From the human T2T-CHM13v2.0 reference genome, Homo sapiens: a stretch of 64,000 bases of DNA. Below, piece by piece: positions 1 to 16,940 of the stretch. Under the pieces are notes generated by a model. The model had not been told where the DNA came from. It worked only from the letters and a program-made list of their open reading frames with translations, and did not search any database. The stretch lies in NCBI RefSeq assembly GCF_009914755.1, contig NC_060928.1; one strand, written 5' to 3'. The position numbers and the translations under genes are program-made. The stretch's first letter is position 1. Each line of letters begins with the position of its first letter.

Positions 1-2942
1 CCACTGCCACTGCCAGCACCCAAGCAGGCCAGTCACCTGGAGGCCCAAGATTCATCATGCTTGGACTCACTAACACCAGTGCCAGCATATACTGCACTGA
101 AGCCCAAGGACAGGCACACTCAGCCTGCTGCTGCCACCAGTGAAGTCCAAGGACTGGCCTTCTTGATGACCCCATCCCCAGCAAAACTTCACTACAGCCT
201 CCACTAACAACTATACCCTAAGCCACTGAGGAAATCACAAACACCACTGATGCTGTTTACAGCTGAAGAAATCAAACAGAAACTATACTATTGCAAGCAC
301 TCAAAATCAAAGCAAAAGTGCCCTACCCAAACAATACCACAGATACATCTTCAGGAAAAATTCCTCCCCTATAAAAGAGAATTCAAAAAAATTAGAAGAA
401 GTGGTTGTTATACCAGATGCGTGGATATAAACATGAGGACACAAGAAACATGCAAAAGCAAGGAAATATGACACTTTCAAAGGAACACAATAATTATCCA
501 ACAACAGATTCCAATAAAATGTATGAAATCCCATATAAAGAATTCAAAATAAGGAAATTAAAGACATTCATTGAGATGCAAGATAACTCAGAAAAAAAAA
601 GAAATCAGAAAAACAATTCAAAGTATCAATAAGAAATTTACAAAACAGACAGATATAATAAAAAAGAACCAAACATAAATTCTGGAACTGAAGAATCTAG
701 TTATTCAACAATAATTAGAGAAAGCAGAAGAAAGAATTTCAGAACTTGAGGACAGATTTTTGGAAGTAAACCAGTCAAACAAAACTTTTTTAAAAGAATA
801 AAAAAGATTGACAAAAGACTACATGACATATGGAATACCATAAAGTGACTAAATATTCTAATTTTCAGTGTGCCAGAAAGCAAACAGAAAATTACAAAGA
901 GAGAAAACCTATTTAACAAAATAATAGCTGAAAACTTCCCAAGTCTGGCAAGAGATTTAATATCTAGATAAAAAAATCTCAGAGATTCCCAAACAGATCC
1001 ATTCAATAAGGCCTTCTCCATGGCACATTACAGTCAAACTGTCAAAAGTCAAAGACAAAGAGAGAATTCTAAAATCAGCAAGAGAAAAGCACCTAGTTAC
1101 TTATAAGGAAACCCTCATCACACTAACAGCAGATCAGATTTTTCAGCAAAAACGTCACAGGCCAGGAAAAAATGGAATGATATATTCAAAGTGTTGAAAG
1201 AGAACAGCTCCCAGCCAAGGATGCCATACCCAGCAAATTTATCCTTCATAAATAAAGGACAAATCATCTTTCTAAGACAAGCAAAAGCTGAGGGAATTCA
1301 TCACCACTAGACCAGACCTACAAGAAATGGTTAAGGGAGTTCTACATATGGAAGCAAAAGGACAATATCTACCATCATGAAGATACATAAAAGCATAAAA
1401 CCACTGGTTGAGTAAACACAAATGAGGATCATAAAGGACCCAAATGTTAACACTACAGAAAAACACCAAACCACAGTGATAAACAATAATAGAAACAAAA
1501 AAAGGTATACAAAACAACCAGAAGTCAATTAATAAAATGACAGGAATAAGCCCTCATATATCAATAATAACCTTGAGGGTAAATGAATTAAACTTTCCAC
1601 TTAAAAGATATAAATTGACTGACAGGATTTTTTAAAAACATGACCAAACTATATGCTGCCTACAAGTAGCTCAACTCACCCCTAAAGACATACATGGACT
1701 GAAAGTAAAGGAATGGAAAAATATATTCCATGCAAATGGAAATAAAAATGAGCAGGCATAGCTATATCAACATCAAATAAAACAAAGTTTAAGTCAAAAA
1801 ACAGTAAAAACAGACAAAAAAGGTCACTATATCATGATAAAATGATCAAATCCACAAGAGAATATAATAATTCTACATATATCTGCACCCAACTTGGAGA
1901 ACCCAGATTCATGAAGCAAATATTACCAAATCTAAAGACAGATAGATTCCAATACAATAATAGTGGGGGATTTCAACATCTTACTCTCAGCATTACACAG
2001 ATCATCTAGACAAAAAATTAACAAAGAAACACTGTATTTAAGCTGTACTTTAGACCAAATGAAACTAATACACATTTAAAAAATATATTATAGCTACAAA
2101 ATGCACATTCTTCTCATTAGCACATAGCATATTCTCAAGAATAGATAATATGTTAGGCAAAAAAATGACTCAACAAGTTTTTAAAAATTAAAATCATATC
2201 AAGTATCTTTTCAGACCACAACGGAATAAAACTAGAAATCAATAACAAGAGGAACTTTGAAACCTGCACAAGCACATGGAAATTAAACAACATGCTCTGA
2301 AATGACAATTGGGTCAAGAAAGAAATTAAGGAGGTAATAAAAAAAGTCTTGAAACAGATAAAAATTGAAGCACAACATATTAAAACCTATGGAATACAGC
2401 AAAAGCAGTGCTAAGAGGGAAGTTTATAGCAACAGATACTTACATCCAAAAAGTAGAAAGATTTCAAATAAACAACCTAACAATGCTCCTCAAGGAACTA
2501 GAAAAACAAGAACAAACTCAATCCAAAATTAGAAGAAGAAAAGTGATAATAATGATCAGAGCAGAACTCAATGAAATAGAGACAAAAAAAACAGCAAAGG
2601 ATCAATGAAATGAAAAGTTTGTTTTTTGAAAACAAGATTGATAAACCCCTATGTAGACTAATCAAGGAGAAGACCCAAATAAACAAAATCAGAAAGTTGT
2701 ACTTTAGACCAAATGAACCTAATACACGTTTACAAAATATACTAATATTTTGTATATTATTATATACAAAATATATATATGAGAAATGAGAAAGGATACA
2801 TTACAACTGATACTACAGAAACACAACAGATCACCAGAGACTATTATGAACGACTATACGCTAACAAACTGAAAAACATAGAGAAAATAGGTAAATTCCT
2901 GGACACATACAACCTGCCAATACTGACTGACAAAAAAATAGA

Positions 2943-3052
2943 GGCCAGGCGCAGTGGCTCATGTAATTCCAACACTTTGGGAGGCCAAGGCAGGAGGATT
3001 GCTTGAGAACAGGAGTTGGAAACCAGCCTGGGCAACATAGCAAGGCCCCGTC
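2943..3052 (+). mobile_element. Alu monomer (FLAM/AluJ-like) inserted in L1
   Basis: GGCCAGGCGCAGTGGCTC...CAGCCTGGGCAACATAGCAAG; single arm. Confidence 0.85.
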
Positions 3053-3355
3053 AGGAAGGAAAGGAAAAGAAAGGAAAGGAGGGAGAGAGGGAGGAAAAAG
3101 GAAAAGGCAAGGCAAGGCAGAAAAGGAAAGGAAAGGAAAAAAGAAAGGAAGAAAGAAAGAAAGAGAGAGAGAGAAAGAAAAGAAAGAAAGGAAGGAAGGA
3201 AGGAAGGAAGGAAGAAAAGAAAAGAAAAAGAAAGGAAGGAAGGAAGGAAGGAAGAAAAGAAAAGAAAAAGAAAGGAAGGAAGGAAGAAAGAAAGAAAGAA
3301 AAAAAAGAAAGAAAGAAAGAGAAAGAGAGAGAGAGAAAGGAAGGAAGGAAGGAAA
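3053..3355 (+). repeat. Polypurine (GGAA/GAAA/GA)n microsatellite expanded from the Alu tail
   Basis: ~300 bp of almost exclusively A and G. Confidence 0.95.
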
Positions 3356-6300
3356 TAGTGAACCTGAACGACTAATAATAAGTAGCAAGACTGAATCAGC
3401 AATAAAATCTTCCAACAGAAAAAAATCCAGGACTGGATGCCTTCACTGCCAAATTTTACCAAAGTTACAACGAAGAACTAATACCAATTCCACACAAACT
3501 ATTCCAAAAATTGAAGAGGAGATAATTCTCTCTAACTCATTCTAGAGGTCAGCATCACGCTCATATCAAAACCACACAGAGAGGCAACAAGAAATAAATA
3601 AAAGGAAAGAAAAGAAAACTATAGCTCATTATCCCTGATTAGCATGGATCCAAAGATCCTCAACAAAATCCTAGCAAACCAACTCCAACAGTATATCAAA
3701 AAGATAATATACCATGAGCAAGCAGAATTTATCCCAGGGATGCAAGGATCTTACATTTGTACAAATCAATAAACGTGATACATCACATCAACAGAATGAA
3801 AGACAGAAAACAGATGATCATCTCAACAGATGCAGAAAAAGCATTTAATAAAATTCAATATCCCTTCATGATAAAAACTATCAACAAATTAGTCATAGAA
3901 GGAGCATACCTCAACATAATAAAAGCCATATATAAAAACCCAGAGCTAACATCACACCAAATGAGGAGGAGCTGAAAGTCTTTCCTCTAAGAACTAGAAT
4001 GGGAAAAAGATGCCCACGTTCACCACTCCTATCCAATAAAATGCTGGAAGTCCTATCCAGGGCAATAAAGCAAGAGAAAAACATAAAAGGTACCAAATTG
4101 GAAAAGAGGAAGTAAAATTATTCCTCTTTGCAGATGACATGCTCTTACATCTGCAAAAACTTGGAAGATTCATAAAAAAATTCTTAGATCTGATAAATAA
4201 ATTCAGCAAATTTGTAGGACACAAAGTCAACATACAAAAATTAGTAGTGTTTCTACACATCAATGATGAACTAGCTGAGAAAGAAATCAAGAAGGCAATC
4301 CCATTTACAATAGCTACAAAAAATAAAATACCTAGGAATAAATGTAACCAAAAAGGTGAAAGACCTCTACAAGGAAAACTATAAACGTCTGATGAAATAA
4401 ATTGAAGAGGTCACACAAACAAATCGAAAAACATCCCATGCTCATGGGTTGGAAGAATTAATATCATTAAAATGACCACCATACTACCCAAAGCAATCTA
4501 CAGAGTCAATGCAATCACTATCAAAATACCAAAGTCACTTTGTACAGAAATAGAAAAAAAATCCTACAGTTCATATGGAACCAAAAAAGAGCTCAAACAA
4601 CCAAAGCAATCCTGAGTCAAAAGAAGGCATCACACTACCTGAAAACAGACACATAAACCAAAGGAACAGAGTGTAAACCCCAGAAATAAACCAACTTATT
4701 AATAACTAACTGATTTTTCACAAAGGCATCTTGGTCAGAGAACATGCATTGGAGAAAGAATACCCTCTTCAATCCTCTTCAATAAATGGTGCGGGGAAAA
4801 TTGGATATCCATAAGCAGAAAAATGAAACTGGACTCTTATCTCTCACCATAAATAAAAATAAACTCAAGATGGATTAAAGACTTAAACATAAGACCTGAA
4901 ACGATAAAACTACTAGAAGAAAACATACGAGAAGCATTTCAAGACATCGATCTAGACAAAGATTTTTATAGCTAAGACCTCAAAAGCAAAGATAACAAAC
5001 ATAAACATAGACAAATAGTACTATATTAAACTAAAAAGCTTCTTCACAGCAAAGGAAGCATTCAACAGAATGTAGAGACAACTTGTTGAATGGGAGAAAA
5101 TATTTGCAGACTATTCATTTGACAAGGTACTAATATCTGGAATACACAAGGAACTCAACTGAACAGTAAAAAAGCAAATAACCCCATTTAAAAGTGGGCA
5201 AAGGACATGAATAGACATTTCTCTAAAGAAGACATACAAATGGCCAACAGGTATATGCACAAATGGTCAACATCACTAATCATCAGGGAACTGTAAATCA
5301 AAACCACAAATACTATCTTACTCCAGTTAGAATGACTATTACTGAAAAGACAAAAAATAATAGATGCTGGAGAGGATGCAGAGAAGAGGAAACATTTATA
5401 CACGGTTGTGGGAATATGAGTGAGTACAGCCACAATGGAAATACTATATTTCTCAAGAAACTAATAGTAGAGTCATTACCATACAATCCAAGAATCCCAC
5501 TAATAGGTAACTATCCACAGAAAAAGAAATCAGTATAACAAAAAGATACTTGCACCCCATGTTTACTGCAGCACTATTCACAATAGCAAAGATATAGAAT
5601 CAACCTAAGTGTCCATCAACAGATGAATGGCTAAAAAAGAATAAAATCATGTCTTCCACAGCAACATGGATGGAACTGGAGGTCATTATGTTAAGTGAAA
5701 TTAGACAGAGAAAGACAAATTTTGCATCTTGCCACTCACATGTCAGAGGTAAAAATGTTGATCTCATGGAGGTAGAGAGTGAAATAATAGAGACGAGAGG
5801 CTAGGAGGGGTATATGAGTGGCAGAGAGGAATGAAGAAAGGCTGATGAATGGGTACAAGCATGCATTTAAATAGAAGGAATAAGTTCTAATGTTTGACAG
5901 CATAATAGTGTGACTATACTTAACAACATGTATGGTATATTTCAAAATAGCTAGAAGAGAGGACTTGAAATATTCCCAACATAGAGAAATGATAAATACT
6001 AGAGGTGATAGATACCCGAATTACCTTGACTTGATCATTACACATTCTATGCATGTAACAAAATACCACACATACCCCATAAATATGTACAAATATTACG
6101 TGTCAATTTAAAAAATGTATTTAACCTTCACCAATGTAGTTGAGAGGAGGAACTGTTTACACTGAATCTAAATTGAATTTTAAGCATCATTTAAATTAAT
6201 TCATATAAAATTCACTCAGTCACTAGTGACTAATAAAGTGAACTCTAATAACTCAGGAAGAAATGTTTAGTTTCATATTCAAATTGTAAATTAAACCAGA

Positions 6301-6424
6301 GCAGTATTATTCAAATTTTTTTCAGGCATCAGGGTACCCAGAGCTTATAATGCATTTTGCAGACCACCCAAAATACTGATTAAGCTTCAAAATAAATAAA
6401 TAACTTTTTGCTAAATCGGACCAC

Positions 6425-6730
6425 TTTTTTTTTTTTTTAAACAGCATCTCGCTCCATCACCCAGGCTGGAGTGCAGTGGTACAATCACAACTCACAGCAG
6501 CTCTACCTCCTGAGCTCAAGCGATCCTGCCACCTCAGCCTCTCGAGTAGCTGGGACTGCAGGTGAACGCCACCAGGCCTGGCTAATTTTTGTATTTTTTG
6601 TATTTTTTGTCAGAGATAGGATTTTGCCATGTTGTCTAGGTCGGTCTCTAACTCTTAGGCTCAGGGAATCCACCCACTTTGGCCTCCCAAAGTGCTGGAA
6701 TTACAGGCATGAGCCACTGCGCTCAGCTCA
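6425..6730 (-). mobile_element. Alu (AluJ-like)
   Basis: Poly-T followed by reverse Alu consensus. Confidence 0.9.
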
Positions 6731-7519
6731 GACCACTTCTCACACCAGATTCTGTTATTTATACCTGAGAAAACGTATGGGTGGTAGCATGGGATGAAGG
6801 GAGATTAAACCATTATTTGATTTTAGTAGCGAAAATCTTTAGTTGGATTACACCTCAGAAGAATAGTTTGGGAAGCACTAAACTAGAGAATTATAAGCAC
6901 AGCCACATTTACATGTGCAATTTAAATTAGATCTTTTAATGCCTTTTTAAAGTTTAAAAATACCAACAGCACCAAATAACCTCCTCAAATCTAAGCATCT
7001 ATCATTTGCTTTCATCTTCTGCCTTCAGAAAATACAGATTTGGCTCAATTGAATAGCAAGCTAAGGTCACCAGGGCTCTCAAGATAACAGAACTCTTGAA
7101 CTGACACACCACATTCTTTCTTACTGATTTCATCTAGTTAGGCCTCCGTGTGATTACACTGAGCATTGCACGCTCTCATTTAAGATCTCACTTGCCTCCA
7201 TCTTCATCCTTCATTTCCCTAACTTCTCAAATCCTCACTGATCTTTGATTTTCTGGCTCTTATCTTGGAAGGTTATTTGTTTTGTTTGGTAATTGTTTGT
7301 ATCTCCCCTCCCCACACATGAAGGGATCAGTGTACCTACTCTATTTCTTTTATCAAATAAACACAGCGCTGAGCAAAGAAAGCAACAAATATTTAACCAG
7401 CTTTTAACTTATCCACTGACATCTGTGAGATTTCTGAGGTTCTATTTCAATGCTCCTTGATATTGAATAGTTGCTTCAACTTAAAAAGTACTATTTTTCA
7501 CCTTAGAAATATTTCTTTT

Positions 7520-7829
<310 letters not shown>

Positions 7830-8305
7830 TCTTTCTTTTGCCCTGTTTACCTTCCAGTTTATTTTTAACTCTTCACAAGGCTGTTGTGTCAGGGCCCTTG
7901 TGTCAGGGCCCTCAGAGTAGTGCTCTGGGTTATGAAGAAAATGTACAGAGACAGAAAGCCAGTCTAACGGTGTGAGCAAAGCAAGAATTTGACACTAAAA
8001 GTGACTACAGAGGCAGCAAAAAGGAGCACAGCCAGCAGGCCCAGTTCTTTCAAGAAAGAATACTTATCTCAGGAAAACTTGGCGCTGCTCTTCCATTTTA
8101 TTTTTTCCTTTTTCTGTAAAATATGCTAAAAGATACCTACCTACATATCTGCTTTATATTGTCAATTTTCATGTAAAATCAGTTTGTACCTATTTTTTAC
8201 TTTTATAAATTGATTGTACCACAAAGTTTTTAAAAATTCTAAATCTCTGAAAAACATACCTCTGTATTTCAATTATAAACCCAATTTTTATAACAAGAAG
8301 ACTCA

Positions 8306-8497
<192 letters not shown>

Positions 8498-8549
8498 TTA
8501 TGGTGAAATTTAAACATTATGAAAAACATTTTCTTTAAAAATGTTACAT

Positions 8550-9680
8550 ATGTGTATATAAGTTTGCTATGGCAGCCATAACAAAGTATCACAAACTAAG
8601 TGGTTTAAACAATGGAAATGTATTTTCTCACAGTGAAGTCCAAGATCAAGCTATCAGCAGGTTTGGTTCCTCCTGAAGCCGATCTCCTCTGTTTGCACTG
8701 TGTCCTCACATGGTCTTTTTCTGTGCTAGGCATCCCTGGTGTCTCTCTCCATTGTCCAAATGTCCCCTTCTTAAAAGGACACTAGTTGTATTGGAATAGG
8801 GCCCACACTAACTGCCTCATTTTATCTTAATCACCCCTTAAAGACCTTCTCCAAATATGATTACATTCTGAGATACCAGAGGTTAGGACTTCAACATATG
8901 AATTTGGGGGGACCACAAGTTAGTGCAAAACTGTGTGTGCCCCCCAACCACCATACACAGCCTCTGAGGTGGCCCACAATGATCCCCCCTTTGAAGTGAC
9001 CTAGTGAATCACTTCTAACCACCAGCATATAGCAAAAATGATGTGATTTTATTAATTAGGTTATAAGAGACTAAGCCTTGAATTTTGGGTACTCTCTCAT
9101 GCCCTCTCTTGGCCAAGAGGGAAGCCAGCCTCTGTGTCATGGGGCAGCTCTGCGGAGAGACCCATATGGGCAATCTGAGGTCTGCCAATAACTACAAGTG
9201 AGCTCAGAAACAGACTCTTCAGCCTTGAGTCAACTTGAGCCAAGCCTTGAGACAACTGCAGCCATGAGACCTTAAGCCAGAGGCACCCAGCTGAGCCACA
9301 CTCAACTCAGATTCCTAACTAACAGAAGCTATCATAATAAATGTTTTGTTTATATTATTTTTTAGAAATCAGAAAACCTATAGTCCACATATTTTCTTTT
9401 TTTAACTTTTAAGTTCAGGGGTACAAGTGCAGGTTTGTTATATAGGTAAACTTGTGTCATGGGGGTTTGTCATAGAGATTATTTCATCATCCAGCTATTA
9501 AGCCTAGTACCCATTAGTTATTTTTCCTGATCTTCTCTCTCCTCCCACCCTCCACCTTCTGGCAGGCCCCAGGGTGTGTTGTTCCCCTCTATGTGTCCAT
9601 GTGTTCTCATCAATAAATGTTGTTTTAAGCTGATAAGTTTTGGCATAATTTGTTACATCACAATAGATAACTGATACAAT
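8550..9680. mobile_element. Cluster of MaLR (MLT1-type) LTR fragments, with an L1PA 3'-end fragment (~9395-9610, minus strand)
   Basis: MLT1 hallmarks GCCATAACAAAGTATCACAAACT, GTTAGGACTTCAACATATGAATTTGGGGG, CCCAGCTGAGCCACACTC; reverse L1 3' UTR GTACAAGTGCAGGTTTGTTA. Confidence 0.7.
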
Positions 9681-9927
9681 ATCCAATATATCCAATATAT
9701 CTATGTTGCACGTAACCTATGAAACAGATAAATTTGGCAGAAATGTTCTAAGAACATAAAATCTATGAAGAGTTGTACATTTATTCTTCAAATGCTTACT
9801 ACATTGAAGCAACTCAATAGTTCCTCTTTAAATTTCTCTATAATATCTCTGAACCTAACCATTGTATTTAAATCTAATAGTTACAAAGAATATTGTGCTT
9901 ACATGTAATAATTAAAAAGAATGAGGA

Positions 9928-10235
<308 letters not shown>

Positions 10236-11324
10236 GAATGAGGAAACATATTGAAAGACAAACACTTATAAATAGGTTTTAAAAAGCTCTGGCTAAACTT
10301 GCCAACCTCAGGTATGAATTCAGAAGTCCTTGTTTCTGAACGTGAAGCCCAAAAGCAATCAGTTCGATCTTTAGCCCCTGAAACAGGTGGCCAAGGCAGA
10401 CATTTTATCCAATCTTATTTGACCTGGGTACCTGTCTCTCCCTTGATGACACTCAACTTCCATATTAAGTTACAGAGTTCAAATTCAAAAATAAGAAATA
10501 ATTCTGTAAAATAAATCCCTTTCACACAGAATGTTTTCTAATTTCTACTTCTTAAAAGAAAAAAATATTTTCAGAACAGTTAATTAAAATGTGTAAAGCT
10601 ATAAGTTCAGCTTTTAAAAAGGAATAAGTTTGGGTCATACATTTTATGGGGGGAAAAAAAGTAACAAGCACCAGAGGAAATACTAAAATCCTTCTAGATG
10701 GAGTCATTTGTGAAATAGAACCTGAAGATTTGGCCAAACTGTTGTCATTTGGGTATTATTTCCTTAGCTCTGTACTCACCTAAGATAGAGACAAATTTGT
10801 TTTTACTATGGAGAAAAACAAAGAACTAAAGTTACTTTATAGCATCCACATCTGTCTAAATTTACCACTTAAGCACCAGATTCTCATATTCAGAATGAAA
10901 ACCATCTTGGGGACATTTATGGGAGAATTTTAGTATCTATTTGTAATTTTTTCATTGGAGATAGGGAAAAGAAGGAGAGCAAAATAATCAACATCTTATG
11001 AGGGAGACTATTTTCCCCATTAAGAGCTACAAATCACTCTTAACCTCTTCAAGAAGTATTTATTAAGTGCCTTCTATGTTTCAGGCTGGGAGTACTTCAA
11101 TATACACAACAGACACAGCTCTTCTGCTTATAATGCTCACAGTCAAGCACGAAATTCAAGCATTGAATAAATAATTACAAGTATAATGAGTTTTACAATG
11201 GAAATAGGCAGGGAACATACAGTGAGAGGTTGAGGAGGATGGGTATCAAGATGAGTTTTCCTGAAAAAAAAAAAAAAGACCCTGAAGGGTGAGTACCGTT
11301 TATCCACTGTGAGCAGGCAGGAAC

Positions 11325-11593
11325 TTTTTTTTTTTTTTTTTGAGATGTCTCACTCTGTCACCCAGGCTGGAGTATAGTGACACAATCTTGGCTCACTGCA
11401 GCCTCAACCTCCAGGCTCCTCCCACCTCAGCCTCCTGAGTGGCAGGGACTACAGGCTAATTTTTGTATTTTTTTTTAGACTTGGGGTTTTGTCATGTTGT
11501 CCAAGCTGATCTTAAGCTCCTGAACTCAAGTGATCCACCTGCCTTGGCCTGCCAAAGTGCTGGGATTACAGTCATGAGTCACTGTGCCGGCCC
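11325..11593 (-). mobile_element. Alu (AluJ-like) within L2-like sequence
   Basis: Poly-T plus reverse Alu; flanks resemble L2. Confidence 0.85.
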
Positions 11594-12583
11594 AGAAGCA
11601 TTCCTTTCAGAAGGAACAGCATGTGCAAAGGTCTGGAGGTGCAGGACAGTCTGATGCATTCCAGAAGCTGAAGAGAGAACAATGGGAAGAGGCAGGGAGA
11701 TGACTGGAGAAGTGAGCATGGGCCAGACAGAGCTAAGACCCATGGACACTGGCCTAAAGGCAATGAGAAGCTGTTGAAGAGTTTGAAGAAAAGCAGTGCT
11801 GTGATCATTTTTTTCTGAAAAGACCATTCTAGCTGCTCTGTAAATGATTAACTAGAGGAAGGCAAGTGAAGTTTCAGGGATGCCAGTTAGGCAACCAGGG
11901 CAATATTTCATGCAAGGCATGACTGAACTCAAGACACAGTGGCAGAAATGAAATGTGAACAGACTGAAGAGCTATTGAAGAGGTACTATTCACATCATCA
12001 AGAGGACTAAGCAATAGATTGGAAGAGAGAAAAAGGAGAGAAAGGTGTCAAGAAAAACTCAAGTTTCTGGCTTGAGCACCTGTTGTGGATAGTATTCCAT
12101 TCAGCAAGAGACAGAACCCTGGGAGAAGGACTTAAATCACAAGTGCGGTGTGGCGCATACTGAGCTTTAGGTCCCTGTGAATCAGACAAGTGATGATGCT
12201 AAATAAGCATCTGAATGTAAGGTCTGGAATTGAAGACAAGTTGGACGGAAGACACAATATTGGGAGACAATGGCAAATAGATTTGTTATGGAAGAAATGA
12301 AAAATGAGATAGCCTAGAGAGGGTATAAAATGAGAAAAGAGTCTAGAACAGAGAAAGGCCCTATAATATAACTTTTAGGAGAACAAGGATGTGGATAAAG
12401 AGACTTACAAGGAACGGCCAGAGATGTAAACGGAAAACAAGGAAGATGGCATCAAACACTGGTAAGAGGGTAGCAGAAGTGATGAGTCCCACTATCCATT
12501 CTGGACAGAAAAGGAAGCAGAGACAATAGGGGACTTAGGTTGCTACAGGGAAAGTGGAGGTTCAAAGAACTGGTGAAAGAGAA

Positions 12584-13475
12584 TATCAGGGGAACCAGCC
12601 CCCAATATTTCAACATAGGTTCTTTTCTATTTTCCCTAAGTGTCAGCCAGTCTGAGAAATAAACAGAAAGAGTACAAAGAGAGAAATTTTACAGCTGGGC
12701 CTCTGGGGATGACATCACATATTGGTAGGACCGTGATGACGACCCCAAGCCACAAAACCAGCAAGTTTTTATTAGGGATTTTAACAGGGGAGGGGGTGTA
12801 CAAACAGGGAGTAAGTCACAAAGATCACATGCTTCAAAGGGCAATAAAGATCACAAGGCAAGGCAAAATTAGAATTACTGATGACAGTCTATGTCCCGCT
12901 GTGCAAACATTGTCTTGATAAGCATCTTAACAGGAAACAGGGTTCGAGAGCAGAGAATCAGTCTGACTAGAATTTACCAGGCTGGAATTTCCCAATCCTA
13001 GTAAGCCTGAGGGTACTGCAGGAGACCAGGGTGTATTTCAGTCCTTATCTCAACCGCATAAGACAGACACTCCCAGGGTGGCCGTCTACAGACCTACCCC
13101 CAGGAATGCATTCCTTCCCCAGGGTTACTCCTTGCTGGGAAAAGAATTCAGCGATATTTCTCCTACTTGCACATCCGTTTATAGGCTTTCTGCAAGAAGA
13201 TAAATATGGCTCTATTCTGCCTGACCCCACAGGCAGTCAGATGTTATGGTTATCTTCCCTTCTTCCCTGAAAATCGCCGTTATTCTGTTCTTTTTCAGGG
13301 TGCACTGATCATATTGTTCAAACACACATTTTACAATCAGATTTCATATTGTTCAAACACACATGTTCTACAATCAATTTGTACAATAGTGGTCCTGAGG
13401 TGATGTACAGTCTCAGTTTATGAAGATAACAGGATTAAGAGATTAAAGTAAAGACCCCACTAACTTCATATAACC
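12584..13475 (-). mobile_element. MER11 (HERV-K11/HML-8) solo LTR, partly deleted
   Basis: TATCAGGGGAACCAGCCCCCAATATTTCAAC is the reverse MER11 3' end; internal ATATTGTTCAAACACAC repeats. Confidence 0.8.
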
Positions 13476-14053
13476 TAAGCTGAGCATCTTGTTCATTACC
13501 TGTAATTATAGTAATAAGCCTCCAAAATAGATATCACCACTCTACTTTTTGAATGGTTGTATAGCACTTTACAACATGCAAAGTGCATTTACATTGTTAT
13601 TTCACTATATCTTCATATCAGGGATTAGCTCCATGTACAAATGACGGGCATACCTCAAGTTATTCTATGTTCACAAAGCCAGAATTCAGACCCAAGACTC
13701 TTCACTTGGTCTCCAACTCAGGTGTCTTCCCACTGGACCATGTCAATCTAGTCAGAAATACCTAGATGCAACTTGCAATTGTTCTGGAAGCCTACCCAGA
13801 GGTTAGTGTCCAAAACATTGTGATAGCAGAAAACTGGATCTGATTCCTGATGTTAGTGACAAAGGGCTATGTTCTATCTAGATAACTTGAGAGTATGTTT
13901 TAAATGCCACAAATTGAATAGAGGGTGGAGCAAAATAGCATATGGATATATGTATAACATTTATATTATCTTTATTGATGACTTGAAAAGTAACTTTTCA
14001 CATTAGGATCCAGGATAGTTTCAGTTTTGATAAAGGTTAAAAATGGAAGGGGA

Positions 14054-14516
<463 letters not shown>

Positions 14517-14952
14517 GGAAGGGGAGAGGGAAAAAGTACAACCTCTAGCATTTAAACCACTGTGTCATTGGAAGCCAAAGGCAAAAGAATCAAAAGATAA
14601 ATCTTATCCAGACTTATAAGCAGACAAATATTCCATGGAATACTTGACTACTGAAAATTGTCAAAGCAATACTCTAAGGCTGTTATTACAGTAATTTGAA
14701 CAAATGGTCAATGGGTCATTGACACAAGTTTAGGTAGGTTGAATCAAACAGGAGGAGGTATAATTTTAATCCTAGTACTTATATTAAGGAAACATAATTT
14801 AATAGTAAATCAATCCAGCTGAAAAAGAGCCATTTAATTTAATCAGAACATATTAGCTAATGTAACAGTTCTACCTAAAGAGTATTGGGAAAATATGTTT
14901 AGTATCTTCACAATGAGCCCAATCATTACATTTGTTGTTAAAACTAAATTTC

Positions 14953-16200
<1,248 letters not shown>

Positions 16201-16712
16201 AAGTAAAATGAAATAAACATTAAAAAACCAAATGTCACATAGAATACTGATTCAATCATGTAGTAAAATAGATCCAAGTCCTCTTAGACTGGAATCATAC
16301 TCTAAGAAAAATAATTACTTTTGTGGACTTTGTTATCTTTTTGTTAGATTTTATGAGAACCTGACAGTAAGATGCAAGAACATATCATCAAATATACTAA
16401 TATTTGCAGAGGGCTTCCTAGAAACAAGAATCACTAATACATTTTCACAATCTGGTGAAAAGTTTGATAAACTTAAATGTTAAAAAAATAATTTGTAAAG
16501 TTCCATTATCAGCCACATATTTTTCCTTTCTTTTTCTGTTACCTAAGTTCTGAACACGCTTCAGGAAGAAAACTTAGAAAAAGATAAAGATTCTCCACAA
16601 TATTTCAAATAATCTTTTGGTTCTTATTTCAAATTTTCAAACCCCACTAAGGGATCAGGAAAGAGATTCCTAACTTCTGAAATGCCATGGGAGTCTTCAA
16701 ATAAGCATTTCA

Positions 16713-16940
<228 letters not shown>

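Larger units (their letters stand above)
1..6116 (+). mobile_element. Old near-full-length LINE-1 (L1MA-like), degenerate
   Basis: ORF1 remnants ~400-1340; ORF2 remnants ([34 protein letters not shown]); L1MA-type 3' UTR ending in an A-rich tail. Confidence 0.9.

Noticed and set aside
2861-3545. Four long ORFs (119-184 aa) rich in K/R/E or F/L/S
   Set aside because: Translations of the GGAA/GAAA microsatellite, which lacks stop codons
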